Below the pieces are notes generated by a model. That model worked only from the letters and a program-made list of their open reading frames with translations. It was not told the DNA's origin and searched no databases. This document shows positions 44,977-52,761 of a DNA stretch of 64,000 nucleotides, in pieces (the first letter of the stretch is position 1; every line of letters starts with the position of its first letter). The DNA lies in contig SHUI01000001.1 of NCBI GenBank assembly GCA_009697455.1, forward strand, positions 2,679 through 66,678, in the 5' to 3' direction. This stretch comes from Bryobacterales bacterium (lineage in GTDB: Bacteria > Acidobacteriota > Terriglobia > Bryobacterales > Bryobacteraceae). The position numbers and the translations under genes are program-made.

Positions 44977-45126
44977 ATTGGGTAAAGAATTGGGTAAAGA
45001 TTTTTTCGCGAGTGCGCTTTCGAGCTGACGAACGGCCTCGCTCAAATTGTTCGGGGCCAGGTGCGCGTAATACTTTTCGGTTAGCGTCACGCTGTGACGC
45101 CCGAGCAGGTCGCGGATTACAAAGTC
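44977..45126 (-). pseudogene. C-terminal remnant of a tyrosine recombinase (phage-type integrase)
   Basis: DFVIRDLLGRHSVTLTEKYYAHLAPNNLSEAVRQLE matches the conserved LLGH.s...T..YaHl C-terminal box, including the catalytic Tyr region. Nothing resembling the rest of an integrase lies upstream. Confidence 0.55.
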
Positions 45127-45300
45127 TTTGCTTGCCGTATTTGGCGATGAAGGCAGTACGGACCGGTTTCCACGTGTCATCAGCCGGGCGGGCTATGTAA
45201 ACGGTTGCTGGCGCGCCGTCGCCAGTCGGGCAAATAGGCAGGCATGCCGCTGCGCTTCCACAGGCAGGCTGTATAATGGCTTCAGGTTTTCATTACCACC

Positions 45301-45609
45301 ATGGCTAAGCTCATCGATCGACCGTTGATCAAGAACGTCGCCCCAGTGGCGCCAGAGCATCTCGTCGGAGATTTGATTCAGTCCGGGCATCCGTTGTTCG
45401 GGCTCGTCTGGATCAATCCCGAACGCGTCAGCGGTGCGCCTTGTTTCTACGGGACGCGTGTTCCAATCAAAACCTTGTTTGATTCGCTGGCGGCCGGTCA
45501 AACGCTGGAAGAGTTCCTTGACGACTTCGAAGGGGTTTCGCGTGAGCAGGCCGAAGCACTACTGGAATTGGCTGGATCTCACCTGTTTGAAGATCTTCCG
45601 AAACCGTGA
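45301..45609 (+). CDS. DUF433 domain protein (putative antitoxin-like)
   Basis: INPERVSGAPCFYGTRVPIKTLFDSLAAGQTLEEFLDDFEGVSREQAEALLE is the DUF433 signature. It overlaps the next gene by 4 nt. Confidence 0.8.
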   Translation: MAKLIDRPLIKNVAPVAPEHLVGDLIQSGHPLFGLVWINPERVSGAPCFYGTRVPIKTLFDSLAAGQTLEEFLDDFEGVSREQAEALLELAGSHLFEDLPKP

Positions 45610-45968
45610 AGATTTTGTTCGATCATAATCTGCCTCGCAGATTACGCGAACACCTACCTGGACAGGAAATCCGCACAACACGAGAGATGAAGTGGGAACA
45701 ACTTCGGAATGGCGCCTTGATGTCTGTCGCCGTTGAAGCGGGTTTCGAAGTGCTAGTCACGATCGACAAACAAATCGAGCATCAACAGAACCTCGCCGCC
45801 CTTGCACTGCCTGTAGTCGTCGTGGATGCGAAATCGAACGCGCTGCCGGCGCTGCTGCGTTTCACCCGATTCTTACGCGACCTGTTTGCTTCTTCGCTCG
45901 AACGCGCCCTTTACATCGTTGAGGAAGGCGGAAATGTGCTGCAGCTAAGGGAGCCTCGCAGCCGCTGA
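45606..45968 (+). CDS. DUF5615 (PIN-like) protein
   Basis: MKILFDHNLPRRLREHLPG...FEVLVTIDKQIEHQQNL is a DUF5615-type PIN-like N-terminus. The pairing with DUF433 is canonical. Confidence 0.8.
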   Translation: MKILFDHNLPRRLREHLPGQEIRTTREMKWEQLRNGALMSVAVEAGFEVLVTIDKQIEHQQNLAALALPVVVVDAKSNALPALLRFTRFLRDLFASSLERALYIVEEGGNVLQLREPRSR

Positions 45969-46140
45969 TCATTGGGTAAAGGATTGGGTAAAGATCGCTT
46001 CAAAAACCCTCGAAATGCTCAAAAATGCCTGCAAACGGCGTGAGTGCGTCAACGACACTTCGTCTTCGCCGCTTTGGATACCCGAAAATGGTGCAAAATC
46101 CATTTTGGGTAACGTTTTGGATAACACCCACACGCGTCAT

Positions 46141-46974
46141 ATGACAACGGACATTAGTGTTGAACTGGCATTCGATCGGATCGACGGCACACAGCCCAAG
46201 CGGGCCATTGCTTTCTTGCACGGCATCCTCGGGCGCGGGAACAACCTGCGGACGATCGCGAGGCGTTTCGTCGAGGCGCGGCCGGGCTGGACGGCATGGC
46301 TCGTTGACCTGCGCGGTCACGGACGATCGCCGAAGGGGACACCCGCCCCATCACTCGAATCTGCAGCTCGCGATGTCGTGGACTTTGCAGGACGGCTCGC
46401 GCCGCCGCTGGGCGCGATCGTAGGCCACAGTTTCGGCGGAAAGGTCGCGCTGGAGGCCGCGCGGATCGGCGCGATTTCGTTACTCGAGCATGTCATCGTA
46501 ATCGACAGCGTTCCCGGCGTCCGAGATCCGCTCCGCGGGGAGGATAGCGCGCTTGCGGTTATGGACGCGATCGAGTCGCTGCCGCGGACACTCGCGTCCA
46601 GGTCGGATTTCATCGAGGCGCTCGTCGCTGCCGGCAAGACGCGTCCGCTTGCGCAGTGGCTCGCAGGGTCGGTGGAGAGGGAGGGGGACCACGTGCGCTT
46701 CATGCTCGATCTCAACGAGGTCCGGGCGCTGATCCTCGACTACTTCGCACGTGATCTCTGGCCAGTAGTGGAGCACCCCCCCGGCGCTGCGCGAATGCAC
46801 CTGGTGATCGGCGATCATTCCGGCTCGTACTCGCCGGCCGATCGGGAGCGCGCAGCACGGATCGCGGCGTCGAGCGAGCGGGTTACGGTTGACGTACTGG
46901 CTGCCGGGCACTGGGTGCACGTCGATAATCCCGATGGCTTACTCCGCAAGCTGCTCGATCACATCGGCGGGTGA
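46141..46974 (+). CDS. Alpha/beta-fold hydrolase
   Basis: The start is MTTDISVELAFDRIDG. The oxyanion region is AFLHGILGRGNN, the nucleophile elbow is VGHSFGG, and the C-terminal His region is AAGHWVHVDNP. Confidence 0.8.
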   Translation: MTTDISVELAFDRIDGTQPKRAIAFLHGILGRGNNLRTIARRFVEARPGWTAWLVDLRGHGRSPKGTPAPSLESAARDVVDFAGRLAPPLGAIVGHSFGGKVALEAARIGAISLLEHVIVIDSVPGVRDPLRGEDSALAVMDAIESLPRTLASRSDFIEALVAAGKTRPLAQWLAGSVEREGDHVRFMLDLNEVRALILDYFARDLWPVVEHPPGAARMHLVIGDHSGSYSPADRERAARIAASSERVTVDVLAAGHWVHVDNPDGLLRKLLDHIGG

Positions 46975-47083
46975 CGCTGGCCATCGAAGCGCGATGGTGC
47001 GCGCTGATACGTGGAGCTCGTGCATGCGGACTGGAGTAAGATGATTTTTTCGGATGTTCAAATAACATGGGGAGGCCCTGGCG

Positions 47084-48203
47084 GTGATGAACCGGCGCCA
47101 ATTCGTTACCGCAACCGCAGGTGCTGCGATCTTCACCCGCGCGACCAACGTGTTTGCCGCGCAGGGGGAGTTCGACCTGATCATCATAGGCGGGCGCGTC
47201 ATCGATCCCTCATCGCGGCTGGACGCGGTTCGCGACGTGGCGATCTCGGGCCGGCGCATTGCCGCAGTCGAAGCCAACATCACGGCGAGAGCGGCGGAAA
47301 CCATCGATGCGCGCGGCAAGATCGTCACCGCGGGTCTCATTGACATCCACGCCCATTGCGGCTGTGAAGGCCGGGGCCCGGGGATGGTTCTGCAGGACGG
47401 CGTGACGGGCTGGATCGATGCGGGATCGCAAGGCGCCGATCACATCGCCGACGTGGTCGCGGTCGCAAAGACGGCGCCGCAGCAGGGCCGCTGCCTGATC
47501 AATATCGGTCGTGCCGGCATCCTGCCCGAAGGCGACACCATGGATATCAACCGCGCCGATGTCGGCGCGGTACGAGATGCGATTGCGAAGAACCGCGACT
47601 TCGTCGTCAAGGCGCGACTGTCCCGGGATGTGGCCGGGCCCAGGGATGTTGAGGTGCTCAGGCGGGCGCAGGAAGTGGCGACCTCCTTCAACCTGCCGGT
47701 GATGATCCATATGGGCCAGACGGTTTCGCCGCTGCCGCTGCTGTTCAATCAACTGAAGGAGGGCGACGTCGTCACTCACATGTTCGCGCCGCCGCGGCGT
47801 GTGGTTCGACGTCGGCAATGGACAAACCGGTCATATGAGGTGGGACACCGTCGAGGCCATCATGAAGACGGGTTTCTGGCCGGATACATTCTCCACCGAC
47901 TGGAACGTCAATTCCCGCACTACCGGGGTCATCGACTTCCCGAACTGCATGTCGAAGCTCTTGAGCTTCGGCATGACGGTGCCGCAGGCGATCGCCCGGG
48001 CAACGACGAACGCCGCGCGCACCTTCGCGGTGTTCCGCGAGCGCGGCACGCTGAATGTGGGGGCGGTGGCGGATGTTGCGCTGCTCGAGCTACGCGACGG
48101 AGATTTCGAATTCCTCGACAACTACAACAACAAACGGACCGGCAACCAGAGGCTCTTCCCGAGCGGGACCATTCTGAACGGCAAGCAGGTTCAGCGCTCT
48201 TAG
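47084..48203 (+). pseudogene. Tat-signal amidohydrolase (dihydroorotase/deacetylase-like) disrupted by deletion plus frameshift near 47790-47803
   Basis: The N-terminal part (MMNRRQFVTATAG..., GLIDIHAH) is in one frame up to THMFAPP. The C-terminal part (VWFDVGNGQTGHMRWD...STDWN...DVALLEL) continues in another frame (ORF 47799-48203). Confidence 0.6.
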
Positions 48204-48375
48204 AAGCTGGCCCGTCGTGCCGGCAGCTATTCGGCAATGCGGGTCAAACCGGAAACGCTGTCGAAACCGGAGTCGAAGCTCAATCTCCGCTGACATAACT
48301 TGCCCTGCCTTGATTTTGATCGGAATCGTATACCTGTTGGCTTCGCGGGAGGAAACATAAAAAGGACGCGCTTCC

Positions 48376-49122
48376 TCACAGCCATCGCACGGCCGGATGC
48401 CCGATCGCCGTGTTGATCGCCTCGAGCGGATTGCCGTGCGCGAAGTAGGTCGCCACCATCTGCGGATGACCGCTCTTCACGATCTTCACGTTCGCCGCGC
48501 CGAGCGCATCGCGCTGCCTGGCGATCGGCTTCTCGAGCTCCTGCGCAGTCCCGCCCCACATGACAAAGGCGACGGGGCGCGACTTCGCCTCCTCGACGAG
48601 GATGCGCAGCACGCGCGAAGTGAACGGCGCCCACAGATTCTTGTGCGCCGCGCGTTCGGGATCCTTGAACACGGAGAACGTGAGCGCGCGGTTGAGCCAT
48701 AGCACGCCCTGCTTCGCCCACCCGGGCCAGACGCCGGGCGGGGCGGGGAGGACGATTTCACCCTTCTCGATCTTCCGCGCGATCTCGGTCCGCGGCACGG
48801 AGGGGAACTTCGTGAGCACCGCCGCCTGCAGGATGCTCCGGAGGCTGGGGCTGACGCGCCTCGTGCGGATCTGCGTCTTCCAGTCGGCGATGTCGCCCTG
48901 CTCGAACGATCGCCCGGTCGCCTGCTCAACCTTTGTATAAGGATCGTTGCCGAAGATGACGGCGCGGACGTGCGCTGGATCGAGATCGTGTAATGCGCGG
49001 AAGACGTTCGACGGCCAGATCGCGCTGCCTGGCAGCGGCGGAATCGCGTCGAACCGGAGCTCGACCCCGTCGAACCGCGAGCGCCATTCCGCGGGGAGCG
49101 TCGAGCGCCACGACCCGAGCAA
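48376..49122 (-). CDS. Divergent family-1-like uracil-DNA glycosylase superfamily protein
   Basis: It is collinear with the Ung motifs as I recall them. VIFGNDPYT aligns with GQDPYH, SPSLRSI with PPSL, QGVLWLNRALT with QGVLLLN, AFVMWGGTAQ with FLLWG, and SGHPQ with HPSP. A ~35-aa insertion follows the SPSL motif. Confidence 0.6.
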   Translation of the reverse strand: MLGSWRSTLPAEWRSRFDGVELRFDAIPPLPGSAIWPSNVFRALHDLDPAHVRAVIFGNDPYTKVEQATGRSFEQGDIADWKTQIRTRRVSPSLRSILQAAVLTKFPSVPRTEIARKIEKGEIVLPAPPGVWPGWAKQGVLWLNRALTFSVFKDPERAAHKNLWAPFTSRVLRILVEEAKSRPVAFVMWGGTAQELEKPIARQRDALGAANVKIVKSGHPQMVATYFAHGNPLEAINTAIGHPAVRWL

Positions 49123-49239
49123 CGTTTCCAGATCGCTACGCAGTGTGGACAGGGCGCTCTCCTTTCAGGAACAGGCAGGTATTTGCGTCGTACATGTCCG
49201 CCCTGTAATATGCGACCCGCAATAAGAAGAGGTGTTTAT

Positions 49240-50089
49240 ATGAAGCAAGCTTTTGTTTTTCTTCTCCTGGTTCTGCCCGGCGCCAGTATGGCACATGCAC
49301 AAGTGGTGGGAGGCGGGACGGTTATGCCGGCGCCTGTCCCGGTTTATGGTCCTTCGATGTCGATCATCGATCACAATGGCAATCTGCTGATCTTCGACGT
49401 GAACTACAATTATCCAACTCCGCATGCCGGGCACCCCGAGGATACTGACCAGAATTCCGGCATCCAAGACGCGTCTAACCGTCGTCAGGAAAAACGGAGA
49501 CAAGGACCTCCCCAAGGAATTCGAAGGTACCATCCAGGTTCTCGGCGCCGGATATTACGCGGTGTACGTGATTCTGAGCTCAAACACGATAACCAGGGCG
49601 AGCGGTAGTACCGCGGGGGTCACCATCACGGCGAAACGGCAACTGATGGCAATTAATCTCGACTCGACGGCGCGGCCGGCCCCACTCGATGTGCCTATGC
49701 GCGCCGACGTCAGGTTGTCGGCCGCTGCTGACGCTCCGCACCTGGACGCACTTTCATTTGTCGACCCTCCGGGCAATCCAATGATCCTTGCACCAGCGCG
49801 AGAAGCACCCACTTCGCCAGCTATCCAGCGCTTCGCCCAGCTGATTACTTGCAATGGAACGGCATTCAATTCAACCCAGCCAATCCCTCTGCCATTATTT
49901 CGGGTGAATTATTCCCCTCCTCAAAGAGGAGAGGTGGATGCGCATCAAGAAGATGCTGCGAAGCAACCTTTGGAAGCGCAGACGGGGTGGTCCGTCCAGA
50001 ATGACCACCCCGTCCGCGTCTTTCTAACGTTTGATGACGCGGCCACCCCTCCTGTGCCAGGAGGGGAAAATACGCTATCCAACCATTGA
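49240..50089 (+). pseudogene. Exported hypothetical protein, apparently frameshifted (~49425-49440), with its 3' end reading through repeat copy J
   Basis: The signal peptide is MKQAFVFLLLVLPGASMAHAQ in the frame of ORF 49183-49608. Coding-like sequence then continues in the +1 frame (ORF 49424-50089). That frame has no stop until 20 nt past the repeat element. Confidence 0.4.
49910..50072. repeat. Family-1 nested-palindrome element, copy J (short-loop, TTTCTAACG right-arm variant)
   Basis: TATTCCCCTCCTCAAAGAGGAGAGGTGGATGCGC...GCGCAGACGGGGTGGTCCGTCCAGAATGACCACCCCGTCCGCG...CCACCCCTCCTGTGCCAGGAGGGGAAAATA. Confidence 0.9.
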
Positions 50090-50094
50090 TCCAT

Positions 50095-52761
50095 CTACGG
50101 ATGTGTTCCAACGACGAGCAGGACATTGTTCGGATTGGCCTTCGGATCGAAATTGCCCTCAACCGTTAGTCCCGCTGCGCGAAGGGCCTGAAACAGTTCA
50201 TTGGCTTCAGCCGGCGGCGGATTTGTCCCCACAAAAATCAGCAGGCCGGCAACGCTGTCTGAAAATTCGGACTGGCGAATCCTGCCAACCTGCCAACCGC
50301 CGGCACCGATGGACTGACGCAGCGCGGTTGCGTACTGGAGCGCTTCCTGGTCCCCGATGACAACGCTCGCCGACATGCGTCGTGCCGGCCGCGCCGCCAA
50401 CGCGCTGGAAATGGCCGCCGCCTGCGCTTCAGAAAGGGTGCGTGGCCTTCGCCTGTCGACTGCGCGCTTCAGTTCTTCCAGAACGTCCCGCGATCCGGCA
50501 AAAATCTCTTCGGCAGGGCGGCGGTATTGAAGCATGGAATCGTAAATGGATGCTTCCGTGGAGAGGTTCATGCTCAACCCGGCAAGGTACTGAAGCCTCA
50601 AATTGCGATCGCGATTGATTTCGATACCCGCCAGCCAGGGGGCCAGGTCCGAGGCTCGGCCATCCTGCGTGGCGAGTAACTCGATCGCCGATCCGAAACC
50701 GGCTTCCTGCAACGCGCGCATGACGTTGACATGATTCCGGCGGTTCAGCTTCTCCTGGATTTCGCCGGCGTTTATCGCAATAGCGGAATCGCCGCCGAGA
50801 ACGACCAGTTCGTACCCTTTGCCGCCAACATCGTTGCTCCAGAGACTTCCGCCGGGGAATACGTCAAAGAATGTCGCCAACGCGTTCTTAACGCTCTCCA
50901 CGCTGTTCTGATGAAGGGGAACCGACTGGGAAACAATGCCGCCCGGATTCAAGTGCCGCCTCACAACTTCGAAATACTCGCGCGTGAAGAGTCCGGCAGC
51001 GCCCTGAGCCCATGGGTGAATCGGCTCGGACGTGATGACGTCGAATTTCTCTTCGGTAGTAAGAAGGTAATGGCGCGCGTCGTCATAAACGATCTCCACG
51101 CGGGGATCCTCGATGACGTTGCTGTTCTGCCGGGCGAAAAACGAAACCATCCCGAATGTCCGCGGTTCGATTTCGCAGATGACAATTCTTTCCACCGTGG
51201 GATGGTTGGCCAGGCTCCCGGCCGTTAAGGCCGCGCCGAGCCCGGCGATCAGTACGGAGCGCGGCCGCGCGTGGAGCAGCCCCGGCAGATCTCCAAGCAT
51301 TCGCTGCAGGCGCATGTCCTGCCGCGCCGTCGCCGCTTCAATCGTGCCGTTGATGTGAAAGTTGCGAATTCCGGTCGATGTCTCGGATACGGCAATGGAA
51401 GCGTGCATTCCCTCGCTGGCCGCGAGAATCCTGGGAACGAAGTAATCCTGAGTCGCGGAATCCGTGTTCGACAATTTCCACGCCAACGACCGGCCATACG
51501 CGATGACTCCCAGGGGTGCAGGAGCGACTGTAAACAGGAGCGCCGTTCCGGCGAGAACCGCGCACAGGATGGTGACGCGTCTGGAAAACGATGCAAGAGC
51601 GAGCAGCGCGGCCGCGACCGAAAGTCCGATCAGCGCCTGTTGCGCGATCCCTGTTCCGAACCAGGGAATCAACAACATGCTGAAGGCGGCTGCGCCGATG
51701 CTGGCGCCCAGCATATTGGCCGGATAGATGCCGGAACGCCTGCCCGCCGCCAGCGCCAGCGGGAGACTCGCTCCCCAGAAGCATGCAGCCGGCAGGACCA
51801 CCCACGCCGAGCGGAACAGGTCCAGTTGGAAGCCGAACCACGCGCTTCGCGTCAACCTCGGATCGATGGGCCAGTAGGGAAGAGCTTCAGTCAGCATGTA
51901 GGCGGACCACGCCACGCACGCTGCCGCAAGCATCAGGCAAATTGCCAGATCACGGCGTGGATGCGCGCTCCGGCGCGCGAGCGCCGAGCCTGCGCCTGAA
52001 CCAATTCCCAATCCCAGAAGGAATACGAAAAGAACGAGTGGGAAAGTATAAACAGACGTCCCGAGAACAAGTGGCAGCAGGCGCATCCAAACGACGTGCG
52101 TTCCCAGCGCCGCGCAACCCGACAATGCGACCGACATATGGACGGCCTGAACTCCAGGCACAGACGGGACCGCGGGGTTCGGCATCGCATACGGCTGAAC
52201 ATGAGGTGTTTTCCGAGACAGCAGGAAGGCGATCGCGGCGGTACCGAGGTTGACCGTGGCGGCGGCGCCGGTCGCGACGGCCACGTCGTGGAGGCGCAGC
52301 AGATAGAAGCCCGCAAGCAAACATCCGAACGCGCCGCCGGCGAAGGCGCTTGCGTAGAAAAATCCCAGCGGCGAGATGCCACGCGGGCTTGCTTCGATCC
52401 ATCGCGTGATGGCTTCGAAGGTTGCGCCCATCAAGACGGACGGCGTCAGGAGGATGACACCCGAGAGGATTGCGCGTAACAGAATGCCGTGAAAGCCGTC
52501 GACGTAAGGCACGCCAAACAACACCAGGATGGCGCTGAACGCAATTCCAAATTCCAGGATCGCGAAAACCTTCAAAGGATGATGACGCGGCGAGACAACG
52601 CGGGGCAGCATCGCGGCTCCAAGGGACATTCCTCCCGTGAGCACTCCCAGCGATATGCCCAGCGCGATGGGCCCCGATCCGATGGCGAGTTGCAGCAACT
52701 GCGACCACACCATCAGGTGGGTCAGGGCGGCCGCGGCGAACAACACCATCAGCAGGCTCAT
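50095..52761 (-). CDS. Fused MFS-like membrane domain / spermidine-synthase-like protein with extra C-terminal domain
   Basis: 888 aa with about 12 TM helices. These are followed by an SpeE-type SAM fold (VLIAGLGAALTAGSLANHPTVERIVICEIEP...DVITSEPIHPW) and about 130 further residues. The start overlaps the upstream stop (ATGA). Confidence 0.85.
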   Translation of the reverse strand: MSLLMVLFAAAALTHLMVWSQLLQLAIGSGPIALGISLGVLTGGMSLGAAMLPRVVSPRHHPLKVFAILEFGIAFSAILVLFGVPYVDGFHGILLRAILSGVILLTPSVLMGATFEAITRWIEASPRGISPLGFFYASAFAGGAFGCLLAGFYLLRLHDVAVATGAAATVNLGTAAIAFLLSRKTPHVQPYAMPNPAVPSVPGVQAVHMSVALSGCAALGTHVVWMRLLPLVLGTSVYTFPLVLFVFLLGLGIGSGAGSALARRSAHPRRDLAICLMLAAACVAWSAYMLTEALPYWPIDPRLTRSAWFGFQLDLFRSAWVVLPAACFWGASLPLALAAGRRSGIYPANMLGASIGAAAFSMLLIPWFGTGIAQQALIGLSVAAALLALASFSRRVTILCAVLAGTALLFTVAPAPLGVIAYGRSLAWKLSNTDSATQDYFVPRILAASEGMHASIAVSETSTGIRNFHINGTIEAATARQDMRLQRMLGDLPGLLHARPRSVLIAGLGAALTAGSLANHPTVERIVICEIEPRTFGMVSFFARQNSNVIEDPRVEIVYDDARHYLLTTEEKFDVITSEPIHPWAQGAAGLFTREYFEVVRRHLNPGGIVSQSVPLHQNSVESVKNALATFFDVFPGGSLWSNDVGGKGYELVVLGGDSAIAINAGEIQEKLNRRNHVNVMRALQEAGFGSAIELLATQDGRASDLAPWLAGIEINRDRNLRLQYLAGLSMNLSTEASIYDSMLQYRRPAEEIFAGSRDVLEELKRAVDRRRPRTLSEAQAAAISSALAARPARRMSASVVIGDQEALQYATALRQSIGAGGWQVGRIRQSEFSDSVAGLLIFVGTNPPPAEANELFQALRAAGLTVEGNFDPKANPNNVLLVVGTHP

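Noticed and set aside
45272-45277. TATAAT hexamer 24 nt upstream of the DUF433 start as a promoter -10
   Set aside because: It is a perfect hexamer, but no convincing -35 lies at 16-18 nt spacing. I left it unreported as a feature.
45193-45501. 102-aa minus-strand ORF overlapping the DUF433 gene
   Set aside because: The plus strand encodes a clear DUF433 signature. The minus-strand product has no recognisable features.
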